Counted from the first letter of the stretch, positions 8,924-18,859 are shown. The stretch is DNA of 64,000 bases from Verrucomicrobiia bacterium (GCA_030038175.1 JASHPN010000372.1:2169-66168), one strand, 5' to 3'. Numbers and translations: made by a program. The notes: generated by a model not told the origin, from the letters alone.

Positions 8924-11900
8924 TCGCCACGGCGCATCAGGCGTTCGGTTTCAGTCGGCGGCGGTGAACTTTGGTTCTCCTCCACCGGGGATTGGAAGGT
9001 CTCAGTCGGTTTCAATTCCCCTCCGGCGCGCGTCATCAACTCGCCGCCGCGGACCGAAACATTTTCGACCGTATAAAGCGCCCCATCGCGCTCGTAGAAT
9101 TTTTCCATCTCGTCTAAATCGAATGGCCGCGAGCCGCGGCGGCCAAAAACCACCGTTTGATTGCCGCTTTCGTCCACCACGCGGTCCCGGTCCAACCCGC
9201 GCGAAACGGCCACCGCCGGCTCGCGCGTCGGGAAGGTGGCAATGAGTATCGGGTTCGGCGCCGGGCTGAAGCCCGCCGCCCCGGGAACATTTTGCGGCGA
9301 AATCAACTGAATGACGCGCAGGCCATTTTTGCCGTCGGCCACGAGCGCATATTCCGACGCGCTCACCGAGCCGACCTGCACGGCGCGCGTGTCGGTCAGT
9401 TGGCCGCCAGCCGTGTAAAGCCGTTCGAGCCGCGGCTTTTCGGGGTCCGTGATGTCAATGAACGCGACGCCGTCCGCGCCGTCGGCCACGTAGGCGTAAG
9501 TCCGCGCGAGATAAAACCGCTGCGCGTGTTTCAGGGGCACGAATGCGCCGGGAACCAGTTTGGGTTCCGTCGGGACGGTGATATCGAAGACCTTCAAGCC
9601 GTCATCGTCGGTCACAAACAGGTAGCGAAATTGCGCGCGGACGGCGCGCGGATTTTTCAGGCCGGCGGTGACTTCGCCGACAATTCCCGGCGCGGCCAGC
9701 GAATCGTTGTGCAGGCCCACGACGAACAGCCCGTTTTGTCCCACGACGTAAAGGTTTGTTCCAGCCATGAACGAACCCATCGCGCCGGTCAATTTTCCGT
9801 CGGGATTGAAGCGGATGATTTTCTCTCGTCCGAAAAAGTTATTGTTCGGGTCGCCGTCGAGCAACGTGCCGACCGTCACCATCACCAAACCTTCCTCGCG
9901 GTCGGTGACAAACACCCAGGCATAAATGGGGCTGACTTTTTGCTCCTCGTTCTCCGTCCGATGCGTGCGCAGTGGATCATCGGCGAGCGTGCTCGGCAGC
10001 GTGACGCTGGTGGCGAATGGGGTGGGAACATAGGTTCGCTGGCCGAGCGGCGACACCGGCGCGGTGGTGATGCGCTCAGAAAACCCTTTGTTGTCAATGT
10101 CCGCGACGTCGAAGACGCGGAAACCGCCCGCGCCATTGGCGGTGTAGAGATATTCGCCGCGCAACTGCAAATCGAGAATGTTATCGGCCTCGTGGTGATA
10201 CGCCTCCTTGAGTTCACGGTGATCGTCTTCGGTGAATCTCCGGTAGTCATCCGGATAAGCGAGCCGCTGCAAATGGCTGCCGCAGGCGGCCTGCGGTTCC
10301 TCCGGTTCCGTCCACGCGACGGCGTCGAAGCCGCCCTTGCCCTCGCCCACCCAGGCAAAGCGTCCGAAGAAATTGACCGTGCCGGTGCCGAAGCCAAGCA
10401 GCGAAGCCATCCACGCATTATTGTCATTCGCCCTGGAAAGGTGGCAATCCTCGCAATTCTTCGTCGTGCCAACGCCGCTGGTTGTGTGCATAAAAGCCGG
10501 ATTGAAAGCCTGGCCGCTGAATCCCTCGGCGCTGACGGTCTGCTGCTGCGAATAAACCCATTCGCGGTCCGCGTTTTGCGAGCTGACGAGCACGGCGGAC
10601 GACGAGCGAATCACCGCCATCCGGTGGCCCTTGTAAGTCGCGTCAATGCCGAGTTGGAACACATCGTCGCGGATGACCTGCGGATTGTAGCTCGTGAAAT
10701 TGCGCGTGTTGATGCCTTCGTATTTGTTCAGCGCCACGCGTTCGTTCGCTTTCATGGGCAGGTGGCAGCCGAAACACGACGTCGCCCACGAGGTATGGCA
10801 GACTTCGCAACTGACGTTCGAGTTGTCGTGCGCCAGTTTGCGCGGGCACTCGGATGGCGGGAGCACCGCGCCCCAGTTGATGCCGTCACGCCGGAGCGTT
10901 TTTGCGTAGGCGGACGCCGGGTCGTAATCCGGCGACTTGGGATCTATCGTGTCAATCGTTTGTGGGATTTCCCAGACCAAATCCGGCGTCATCTCCGAAC
11001 GCTGATACAGTTTCGTGCCGATGCGGAAGAAGCGCGGCCCCCACGGCGTGTTGTCGGCGCGCAGATCAACGTTGGCAACGGTCGAGCCGTTCCAGAGGCC
11101 GCCGTTTCCGCTGGTGATAAGTGTCGGACGCTGGTTAATGGTGCCATGGCAGTCAATGCACTCGACGGTCGTCGCGGCCCGTGACTCGCCGTAGAGCAGG
11201 CCGTTGCCGTGAACGTCCACGTCGAAATGGCAGTCCACGCACTGCATCCCGTGGCGGAGGTGCTCGTCTTCCAGGTGAACCGCTTTGGCGAACTTGTCCG
11301 GGTCGCTGAACGGAATCATTTTGCCGTCGCGGTCCAGCAAACGTCCCTGGCGGTCGTGCAAAAAGACGGCGCGGAACATCCAGCCGTGCCCGTGGTAATC
11401 GGCGAATTGCGTGTCTTTCAGCTTCGGGTTCAATTCGGCGGTCTTTTCAAGAAAATCCAGATTGCCCCAAAGCCCGCGCGCCGCGGCGGCTTCGGGATTA
11501 TCTTCCACCGCGCGGGTCAATTCCGCCGGCGTCGGATCTTTTTGCTTCTTCGGATACATCATTTCACCGTCGGTTTCCTCGTCCCACCAGGTGTAACCGA
11601 GGTATGTATTCACGAACAGATCGCCCTGGTGCATGTGGCAGGTCATGCACTGGGAGGAGGGGATGGCGCGCGTGAATTGGTGGACGATCGCATGGCCGCG
11701 CTCGTCCTTGCGGATGGCCTTGTCGCCGGAAAAGCTCAGGCCCTGGTTGCCGTATTTGTAATACCAGCCCGAATCCGTCGGCGAGCGATCGTTCGCATAG
11801 ACGACATGGCACGCCGAACAGCCGCTGCTGCGGTAATCGCCCGGATGATTGTTCGAGCCGAGAAAGTCGAGCAACGGATCGTTCAGCCGCATTTTCTGCA

Positions 11901-12762
11901 AATTCAAAAACACCGGATCGGTCCGGTTCAACGTGCCGAGGCCACGGTCGCTCAACCGGTGCGCCGGTTTGCCGGGCTCTTCGAACGGGTTCGGGCTGCC
12001 GGTCGGCAACGGCTTTTCCTGGCCCCGCTCGAAAATCCGGAGAACGTTTCCCGGCTGGCTGACTTCAAACCGCGGCAACGGGTCAATGAAGGGCAAAAGG
12101 CCGTGAAGCCGGGTCATTTCGGGCGTGACGGGAATCGGACTTTCCAGCCGCAGCGGCACGCCGTCCGCGCCGTAAGCCTGGCCGAAGCGGTAATTTTTCT
12201 CCGGGAACGCGCCGTTGTTGTAAAGCGCGGCGCCCCAGAGCATCGCGCCGTGCCGCATGATGCTGTGGCCGACTTCCTGGACGATTTGGCCGTGGCACAG
12301 GCCGCAGGCTTTCTGCGCCACGCGCAAATCGCCGGGATTGACGAACTGGATGAATTCCGGCGACTCATGGTTGAGCAACGTGGCCGAGTCGTTCGGCAGC
12401 GCGGAGCTTTGCCAGAAAATTGGGTTGCGGGGCGCCACATGCGCCTCGCGCTCGGTGAGGCCCGGCGCGGAGTTGCCACCATGGCAGTCGGTGCAACCCA
12501 GGATGACGCTGGGCGAATGATGCATGGATTCAATGCCCGCGTGGCATTCCAGGCAACCGCGCGATTTCCAGTCGGCGTCCGCCTGCGACTGGTCAATTCG
12601 ATTTGGCGGCGGCAGTTCAACGGCGGCATTGGGCGGCGGTTCTTTTGGCACGGAAATCACCGGACCCGAACCGTCGCTTTGGGCGAACAGCGCGAGGCAG
12701 GCGGCGAACCATCCCGCCGCCGCCAGGGCGGCGAATCTCCGCCAGTTGGAATTTTCTTTCAT
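8920..12762 (-). CDS. Secreted decahaem c-type cytochrome fused to a C-terminal LVIVD-repeat beta-propeller
   Basis: 1280 aa with a signal peptide (FAALAAAGWFAACLALFAQS). Ten CxxCH motifs: CLECH, CTDCH, CGLCH, CSACH, CMTCH, CVDCH, CIDCH, CEVCH, CFGCH, CEDCH. The C-terminal third carries LVIVD-type repeats (LYTANGAGGFRVFDVADI, LFVTDDDGLKVFDIT, AYVADGADGVAFIDITDP, ALVADGKNGLRVIQL). Confidence 0.9.
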   Translation of the reverse strand: MKENSNWRRFAALAAAGWFAACLALFAQSDGSGPVISVPKEPPPNAAVELPPPNRIDQSQADADWKSRGCLECHAGIESMHHSPSVILGCTDCHGGNSAPGLTEREAHVAPRNPIFWQSSALPNDSATLLNHESPEFIQFVNPGDLRVAQKACGLCHGQIVQEVGHSIMRHGAMLWGAALYNNGAFPEKNYRFGQAYGADGVPLRLESPIPVTPEMTRLHGLLPFIDPLPRFEVSQPGNVLRIFERGQEKPLPTGSPNPFEEPGKPAHRLSDRGLGTLNRTDPVFLNLQKMRLNDPLLDFLGSNNHPGDYRSSGCSACHVVYANDRSPTDSGWYYKYGNQGLSFSGDKAIRKDERGHAIVHQFTRAIPSSQCMTCHMHQGDLFVNTYLGYTWWDEETDGEMMYPKKQKDPTPAELTRAVEDNPEAAAARGLWGNLDFLEKTAELNPKLKDTQFADYHGHGWMFRAVFLHDRQGRLLDRDGKMIPFSDPDKFAKAVHLEDEHLRHGMQCVDCHFDVDVHGNGLLYGESRAATTVECIDCHGTINQRPTLITSGNGGLWNGSTVANVDLRADNTPWGPRFFRIGTKLYQRSEMTPDLVWEIPQTIDTIDPKSPDYDPASAYAKTLRRDGINWGAVLPPSECPRKLAHDNSNVSCEVCHTSWATSCFGCHLPMKANERVALNKYEGINTRNFTSYNPQVIRDDVFQLGIDATYKGHRMAVIRSSSAVLVSSQNADREWVYSQQQTVSAEGFSGQAFNPAFMHTTSGVGTTKNCEDCHLSRANDNNAWMASLLGFGTGTVNFFGRFAWVGEGKGGFDAVAWTEPEEPQAACGSHLQRLAYPDDYRRFTEDDHRELKEAYHHEADNILDLQLRGEYLYTANGAGGFRVFDVADIDNKGFSERITTAPVSPLGQRTYVPTPFATSVTLPSTLADDPLRTHRTENEEQKVSPIYAWVFVTDREEGLVMVTVGTLLDGDPNNNFFGREKIIRFNPDGKLTGAMGSFMAGTNLYVVGQNGLFVVGLHNDSLAAPGIVGEVTAGLKNPRAVRAQFRYLFVTDDDGLKVFDITVPTEPKLVPGAFVPLKHAQRFYLARTYAYVADGADGVAFIDITDPEKPRLERLYTAGGQLTDTRAVQVGSVSASEYALVADGKNGLRVIQLISPQNVPGAAGFSPAPNPILIATFPTREPAVAVSRGLDRDRVVDESGNQTVVFGRRGSRPFDLDEMEKFYERDGALYTVENVSVRGGELMTRAGGELKPTETFQSPVEENQSSPPPTETERLMRRGE

Positions 12763-12763
12763 A

Positions 12764-15121
12764 CTAATAGGTAAAAGTCACGGCAATCAAACCGCTGTAC
12801 GGAAACGCGCTGGAATTGGCCGCCGGACCGCTGGCATCGAAACCGGGAATGGGATTGGGATTCGTGTCATAAATATCGCGGTAACCCTGCCCCGGAATCA
12901 GTACGCCGAAGCCGGCGGAAATAATGATGTTGTCCGTCAGCAGCGGCCGATACTGGAAGCCGAGGCTCAAGTCCCAGCCCACCTGGTTGCTGATGTTGGG
13001 CGTCATCAGCGCGGTTTCGATGGGGTCGGTATCCGCGAACAAAATGTAATTCGCGTTGAGAAACGAACGGAGTTTCGGCGTCAGGTCAAACTCGGCGCCG
13101 AGGCCAAAAATATAAACGCCGGGATTCACGAAATTGGCCTGGCCTTCGGTTTTGCTCGTGCGCAAATCCGGCACGAGACTGTCCGGGTCCTTCAAATTGA
13201 CCATCGTTCCGCCCAGATTGAAGCCCTGGCGCGTCCAGAAACTAAACGGGCCGCCGGTGAAATTCGGATTGTCCACGATGGTGTCGAATCCGCCCGCCGT
13301 GTTGCCGGTCGCGTTGCCGTCGCCGGACGCGTAGAAAAACGACGCTTTGTAGCGCGCCCAGTCGAAGTCGCAGGAAAGTTCCAGCGCGGCCATTTGCGCG
13401 TTAATGTCCACCGGGTGGCCGGCGAGACCGTTGAAGTCGTCGTGGCCGAGCGCCTCGTAAAACTGGTGCGACAAATTCAGCCGGCCGATGTGGCCGTCGC
13501 CGCCCCAGCCGAGGTAAGACACGGTCACGTCATGGGGTTGCACCGTGCCGAGCGGTTCCGGCCGGACCAGGACGCCGTTTTCATCGTAATGCTCGCCGCC
13601 GTGGTCAATGTTCTCCACAAAACTCCATTCCGCCGTATAGCCCGGCCAGATGAAATCCTGCCGGTAAAGGTTCGCGATGGCCACATCCTGGCGGCGGCTG
13701 GCGAGGGTATTCAACTCCGAATCGGTGTCTTTTTCCCGCATGTCGAAGACCGCGAGATTGTATTGATAAAGATTGTTGTCGAGATTTCCAAACAGCCGCG
13801 CGCCGAGGTTCACGTCGTTGAAGAGGAAGCCGCGAAAGTCCGCGTTGAACGGCTGGTTGCCAATGCGGAGCGACATGAAATCGTAGTTGTCCGACAAATC
13901 CAGCAGGTGAATTTCCAGGAACGCCTGCTGAAGCGAGAAAAACGTCCTGAGCCGCACGGTGGACTGCGTCCAGCGATAATTGTTCGCCGGGCCGACCTGG
14001 CCGTTGAGCAGTGTGCCGATGTCGCCGGGATTTTGCACGAAACCGTTTTTCGGCGGGGGAGTGTTGTTGCCGGCGAGCGCGCCCGTGGGCGAAGGCGAAA
14101 CCACGCCGGTCTCCTGTGTCTCGAGATAATTCACATTAAACACCGGCTGAATGTCCAGGTCCCACGTCACCGGTCGGAACGCCGTGTCGCCCTGGAATAA
14201 AATCGTCTCGAACGCCAGATAATTCTGGATGCTCAATTCCTGGCCGTCGCCGTAAAATTCGTATTCGCCCGGCACCGCGCCGCTCACCTGGCTCGGCGTC
14301 GGCAGGCGCCGAAATTCCGTGTCCGTCTCCGCCGAGGCCGTGAGATCGAGGAATATGTCCTGCCCAATGACCGGCACATCGCCTTTGAGCACACTCTGGC
14401 GGTAGGGCGCCCAGAGCGCCGGTTCCGGCGTTTCATAGGGCTGCTCGATCACGCCGCCGGTGTAGCGTTCCCAAGGCACGAAGCCGAGGCGCCAGCGGTC
14501 GGGCCGCGGCGCGGTGTTGGTCGGATAATCCGACGGGCCTGGTGAGTACTTCGGATAGCCGAAGTCCGGATAAATTTTCAATTCGCGCCGGGTGTCCCGC
14601 CGCGGCAAGGCCAGTCCATTGGTGAGCGGTTCGGTGCCATAACCGCCCGGTACCGGAGGGGGTGGTGGAAGAAATTCGCCGAGCCGCACGTCTGCGCGCG
14701 GCAACGCGAGGTCCGGCGGAATCGGAGGCGGCGTGAAGATCGGCGGCGCGGTCGGCTCGATGAATAGCGCGGCCGGCGGGTTTGTCGGCGGAAGCAGGCC
14801 GGCGCCGGGGTCAGGATTGAAAATATTCGGCGAGAGCGGCGGCGTGTTGGTGCTGACGAGCACGCGGAGGCGCCAGCGGAAATCCGTCTGGGGCAACCCC
14901 GGCAATTCCAGCACGCCCGGGTCCGGGTTGAAAATATCCGGCGAGAGCGGCGGCGTGTTGGTCGTGACCGCCTGATACGGCTTGAGCCGGTCCACGTCAT
15001 TCGTGGCCGTCGTTCCGCCACCATAGCTTTTCAGTGGAAGCGACAACATGGCGATCCAACCGAGCAAGACCGGTTTTCCAAGGGTTTCAAGCCGACGTAA
15101 TTTCGCCGACATCTTCGCCAT
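12764..15121 (-). CDS. Putative outer-membrane beta-barrel (porin-like) protein with Pro-rich N-terminal extension
   Basis: 785 aa with an N-terminal signal-like segment. Pro-rich region with a duplicated TNTPPLSP(D/N)IFNPDPG unit. Long alternating-hydrophobicity region rich in aromatic/Gly/Asn, with terminal aromatic residues (...GLIAVTFTY). Its stop is 1 nt before the cytochrome start. Confidence 0.6.
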   Translation of the reverse strand: MAKMSAKLRRLETLGKPVLLGWIAMLSLPLKSYGGGTTATNDVDRLKPYQAVTTNTPPLSPDIFNPDPGVLELPGLPQTDFRWRLRVLVSTNTPPLSPNIFNPDPGAGLLPPTNPPAALFIEPTAPPIFTPPPIPPDLALPRADVRLGEFLPPPPPVPGGYGTEPLTNGLALPRRDTRRELKIYPDFGYPKYSPGPSDYPTNTAPRPDRWRLGFVPWERYTGGVIEQPYETPEPALWAPYRQSVLKGDVPVIGQDIFLDLTASAETDTEFRRLPTPSQVSGAVPGEYEFYGDGQELSIQNYLAFETILFQGDTAFRPVTWDLDIQPVFNVNYLETQETGVVSPSPTGALAGNNTPPPKNGFVQNPGDIGTLLNGQVGPANNYRWTQSTVRLRTFFSLQQAFLEIHLLDLSDNYDFMSLRIGNQPFNADFRGFLFNDVNLGARLFGNLDNNLYQYNLAVFDMREKDTDSELNTLASRRQDVAIANLYRQDFIWPGYTAEWSFVENIDHGGEHYDENGVLVRPEPLGTVQPHDVTVSYLGWGGDGHIGRLNLSHQFYEALGHDDFNGLAGHPVDINAQMAALELSCDFDWARYKASFFYASGDGNATGNTAGGFDTIVDNPNFTGGPFSFWTRQGFNLGGTMVNLKDPDSLVPDLRTSKTEGQANFVNPGVYIFGLGAEFDLTPKLRSFLNANYILFADTDPIETALMTPNISNQVGWDLSLGFQYRPLLTDNIIISAGFGVLIPGQGYRDIYDTNPNPIPGFDASGPAANSSAFPYSGLIAVTFTY

Positions 15122-15167
15122 AAGAAATTGTTTATTTTAAGAAAGCAAGCCTTTATCTTCGGCTGCG

Positions 15168-16748
15168 GTGAAACGAATTTGCGGAATTTTGTTGTTCGCC
15201 CTCCTGGCCGCGCGGCCCGCGTCTGCGCAACTCACGCTGGCCGACGTGCAGACGGTCATCGCGCAGGCCGTCAGCCGTGCCGTCATGCTCACCAACTCGC
15301 CCCTGGCCACCAACGCCGTTATTGCCGTCGCCGACCGGGAAGGCTGGGTGCTGGGCGTCTGGGCGCTGAACACCAATTCATCGTCCGCCGACCCGCTCGT
15401 CGCCGACGCCATCGCCAAGGCCGCCAGCGCGGCGTTTTTGAGCAGCGACCAAAACGCGTTTTCCTCGCGCACCGCCGGCGACATCGTGCAGCAGCATTTT
15501 CCGCCGGGGATTGCCGATACCGCGCCGGGCCCGCTCGTCGGGGTGAATTTTTCGCAATTGGCCTTTTCCGACATCAACAAGATGAAAGCGCCCGGCAGCG
15601 TCCTCACCGACAGCAATTCGCCCGGTTTCTCGCTCGTGCCGGCGCCGATTCCAATTACCGGCGGACTCGCCGGCACGCCCGGCGGTTTGCCACTTTACCT
15701 CAATGGCTCGCTCGTCGGCGCCATCGGCGTTTCCGGCGACGGTTTGCAACCAACGGACATTACCCCCGGCGTCATCGCCAGCCCGGACGCCAATGAGGAC
15801 GTGGCTCTCGCCGGACAAACCGGCTATCAGCCATCGGCGGCGATCGTTGCTTCGCAGGTGCTCCTGAACGGTCTCCGGTTCGAATACGTCGAGAGTTCCA
15901 CGGCCCTCGGCGCGGTGATTCCGTTCGCGAGCCTGCCGGGGACGAATATTTTGCCATTCGTACTCATGGCTTCTCCCCCGAGTTTCCCATATCCGGTCGC
16001 GACGATGGGCGGCGAGACCGGCCAGTTGCGGCAACCCATCATTGCCGATCCCTCGACCGTGCCGCTGCCGGGCGGCACGGCCCGGCTCTCGGCGCTGGAC
16101 GTTTCCAATATCATTACCGCCGCCGCGAACCGGGCGCGAACCACGCGCGCCGCTCTCCGCCTGCCGCGCGGCCAGCCGACGCAGATGTTCATCACGGTCG
16201 TCAACAACCCAAATTCCAACGGCGTGCCGCCAATGGTCCTGGGCACGTTCTGCACCTCGCCCGACGCCACGCGGTTCAGTTGGGACATTGCGGTGCAGAA
16301 GGCGCGCACCTGCGTTTTCGTTTCCGCCACCAATCGCGCCTATTCCGCGCGCACGGTCAACTTCCTGTCCCAAAGCACCTATCCACCGGGCATTGACGGC
16401 ACCGAGCCGGGGATCTTTTTTGGATTGCAGGAACGCTTTTCCATCATCACACCGGTTTCGATTCTCGCGACGAACCCGGTGGACGGCGCGGTGTTTATGA
16501 CTTCGACGAATGTCAATCCGAACCTGCCGAACGGCCTGACCATATTTCCCGGCGGCTTTCCACTTTACCGCAACGGCGTGCTCATCGGCGCGATTGCGGT
16601 GAGCGGCGATGGCGTGGACGAGGACGACTTGATTGCGGCCAGCGGCGCGGCGCTGTTCCTCGCGCCGGTGCCCATCCGCGCCGACCAGACGCAATACCGC
16701 GGCGCTTTGTTGCCGTTCGCCAAATTCCCGCGAAATCCGGCGCTTTAA
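15168..16748 (+). CDS. Secreted protein with two GlcG/HbpS-like (DUF336) domains
   Basis: 526 aa, GTG start, signal peptide MKRICGILLFALLAARPASAQ. Each half carries the DUF336 hallmark (GGLPLYLNGSLVGAIGVSGDG and GGFPLYRNGVLIGAIAVSGDGVDEDD). Divergent from the porin operon across only 46 nt. Confidence 0.75.
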   Translation: MKRICGILLFALLAARPASAQLTLADVQTVIAQAVSRAVMLTNSPLATNAVIAVADREGWVLGVWALNTNSSSADPLVADAIAKAASAAFLSSDQNAFSSRTAGDIVQQHFPPGIADTAPGPLVGVNFSQLAFSDINKMKAPGSVLTDSNSPGFSLVPAPIPITGGLAGTPGGLPLYLNGSLVGAIGVSGDGLQPTDITPGVIASPDANEDVALAGQTGYQPSAAIVASQVLLNGLRFEYVESSTALGAVIPFASLPGTNILPFVLMASPPSFPYPVATMGGETGQLRQPIIADPSTVPLPGGTARLSALDVSNIITAAANRARTTRAALRLPRGQPTQMFITVVNNPNSNGVPPMVLGTFCTSPDATRFSWDIAVQKARTCVFVSATNRAYSARTVNFLSQSTYPPGIDGTEPGIFFGLQERFSIITPVSILATNPVDGAVFMTSTNVNPNLPNGLTIFPGGFPLYRNGVLIGAIAVSGDGVDEDDLIAASGAALFLAPVPIRADQTQYRGALLPFAKFPRNPAL

Positions 16749-16750
16749 AA

Positions 16751-18859
16751 TCACTTTATCTCCATCTCCCAAATGCCGCTCCAATGGTCCGGCGGCCGGG
16801 CCGAAAGTTCGGCGCAGCGGGCGGCCAGCGCGCTGCCGGGGCCGTCGGAAAATTCCCGGGCGAGCTTTTCAAATTCCGTCCGCGCTTCGGCAAATTTTCC
16901 GGAAAAATATATTTCGTACGCCGCCGGGTAACGCGCGCAAAGCTCCGCGTAGTTTGCCGGGGTACAGGGATTTTCGTATTCGAACAATTCCACCGGTTCG
17001 GTTTTGCCCTTGACGATCACGCGGTCCACCAGCCGCCGGTTGCCTGGCACGTTGAATTGAGCCAGGGCTTCGCGCGTCACCAGCATCCGCACCCCGTAAA
17101 ATTTCGTGAGCAACTCCACGCGCGCCGCCTCGTTCACCGTGTCGCCGACCAGGCCGTAATCGAGCCGCAATGCCGAACCTTTGTTGCCGATCAGCACCGG
17201 GCCGCGGTGCAATGCGACGCCGTAGCCGAACAACTTCCGAACCTCGGCCGGCAGGGTTGCGCGCAAATCCTCCATCGCGCGGATGAGATTCATCGCCGCG
17301 CGTCCGGCGCGATCGGCGGCGTCCGGCTGCTCTTGCGGCGCGCCCCAGTAGCTTAAAAACTGGTCGCCGAGAAAATGCTCCAGATTCCCCTCCTCGCTCA
17401 TGACGGCGCTGGTCTGCGCGTCAAAGACGCGGTTGAGCAAATCGAACATGCCTTGCGGCCCGAGCATTTCGGCCAGGGGCGTCGAATTCCGCAAGTCCGT
17501 CAGCAGCACAGTCACTTCCGCCCGGCGCGGTTGCATCGAGCCGGGATCCGCCAGCACCTCATCCAGCACGCGGGGTGAGAAATAAAGTCCCATGGTGTGC
17601 CGCAGCTTCATCCGCTCCAGCCGTTCGGTGACGAAATCATATCCCAGCCCGCCCACGCCGGCGAAGGCCAGAACCAGCAGAGGACTGACCACCGGGAAAA
17701 TCGCGTTCACGTGATTGAAGAAAAATTCCGCGGCATAGAAAATACCCGCGCCGGCCACCAATATCACCAGCAGCCGTCGGACCGGCGCCCGGATGAAGAG
17801 ACATAACACAGCTGCGAACAGGCCGGTCAGCACGATGATGGCGCCGCTGGCGAACGGCGGCGTTTCGCCGATAAATTCGCCATGCAGCGCCGCATTGAGG
17901 ACGTTCAGGTGAATTTCCGGCCCGGCCATTTCCTGGCCGAACGGCGTGCGATGAAAGTCCTGGAAAATATTGGCCGTCGGACCAACCAGAATGAGCTTGC
18001 CCGCAAAAAACTTTCCACTGCCATAAGTGCGTTCCCAAAGTTCCGGCGTCAACACATCACCCAATGGGATCACCCGCCACGTTCCAGGCGGGCCGGTGAA
18101 ACGGATTCGTTGCGGTTTCCCGACGGCCGGCATTTTTTTCCCCGCGCCGAATTTCTCCAGCGCCCGGGCGGCGAAAGATTCGATAACAGCGCCGGGCGCG
18201 GCGTTCACCGCATCACCCAACTCATGGTTGGCGACGCAGAAATGCGCGTGGCGGAATACATCATCGCCGTCCGGCCAGAGGTTGACAAAGCCAACGCGCG
18301 AATCCAGGGCGGCAGGGCGGTCGGGCGTATCGGGAATCAAATCTGCGGTTGGCGCGGCGAATTGTGCCGGTTGACCGCGGTCCGTTTCTTCGAGATTAAA
18401 CACACCGCCGATGACAAGGTGGCTTGAATATTCGTTCAGGGCGAGGCGCAATTCGCGATCGCCGTTCGCTTCGCTGGCGAAAACCAAATCAATCGCAATC
18501 GTTTTGGCGCCGGCATCGGAAAGTTGCCGGATGAGCCGCGCCCAGACGATTCGCGACCATGGGAATTGGCCCCGCAGCGCGGCGAGTACCGGGTCATCGG
18601 CTGCCTCGGCGGGGGAAATGGCGTCGCTGCAGCTGGGCCGGTCAATTCCAATCAGAACGAGGTTGGTGTCGGCCGGCGTGAAACGCCCGTGGCGCGCAAA
18701 AAAATCCTGGACGAAATTTTCCGCGGCGTTTAACGGCGCGGCCAATGGCGGCGGGCCGCGAAAATCCACTGCCAGCACGGCGAGCGTGACCAATACGCAG
18801 AAGCAGCCGAGGACGGCCGTGCGGCGCGGCGGGCGGCGTCTATTGAATTGTTCGGGCAT
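16751..18859 (-). CDS. CHASE2-domain class III adenylate/guanylate cyclase (paralog 1)
   Basis: 702 aa. N-terminal TM, ~300-aa extracytoplasmic CHASE2-like region (VLIGIDRPS, IAIDLVFASE, WPDGDDVFRH), three TM helices. Cyclase core VTVLLTDLRNSTPLAE...FLGDQFLSYWGAP...YGLVGDTVNEAARVE. Helical, TPR-like tail. Confidence 0.85.
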   Translation of the reverse strand: MPEQFNRRRPPRRTAVLGCFCVLVTLAVLAVDFRGPPPLAAPLNAAENFVQDFFARHGRFTPADTNLVLIGIDRPSCSDAISPAEAADDPVLAALRGQFPWSRIVWARLIRQLSDAGAKTIAIDLVFASEANGDRELRLALNEYSSHLVIGGVFNLEETDRGQPAQFAAPTADLIPDTPDRPAALDSRVGFVNLWPDGDDVFRHAHFCVANHELGDAVNAAPGAVIESFAARALEKFGAGKKMPAVGKPQRIRFTGPPGTWRVIPLGDVLTPELWERTYGSGKFFAGKLILVGPTANIFQDFHRTPFGQEMAGPEIHLNVLNAALHGEFIGETPPFASGAIIVLTGLFAAVLCLFIRAPVRRLLVILVAGAGIFYAAEFFFNHVNAIFPVVSPLLVLAFAGVGGLGYDFVTERLERMKLRHTMGLYFSPRVLDEVLADPGSMQPRRAEVTVLLTDLRNSTPLAEMLGPQGMFDLLNRVFDAQTSAVMSEEGNLEHFLGDQFLSYWGAPQEQPDAADRAGRAAMNLIRAMEDLRATLPAEVRKLFGYGVALHRGPVLIGNKGSALRLDYGLVGDTVNEAARVELLTKFYGVRMLVTREALAQFNVPGNRRLVDRVIVKGKTEPVELFEYENPCTPANYAELCARYPAAYEIYFSGKFAEARTEFEKLAREFSDGPGSALAARCAELSARPPDHWSGIWEMEIK

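Noticed and set aside
9157-12774. Long plus-strand ORFs (675 aa at 9157-11184 and 521 aa at 11209-12774) opposite the decahaem-propeller gene
   Set aside because: They have no recognisable motifs and a strongly biased R/A/G/V composition. The opposite strand encodes ten CxxCH motifs and LVIVD repeats, so these are shadow ORFs.
12524-14200. 558-aa plus-strand ORF opposite the barrel gene
   Set aside because: Same reasoning. The composition is typical of an antisense frame, and the reverse-strand product has a signal peptide and a barrel-like C-terminus.
15378-16784. 468-aa minus-strand ORF opposite the tandem GlcG gene
   Set aside because: Arg-rich antisense shadow. The plus strand carries two clear DUF336 hallmarks and a signal peptide.
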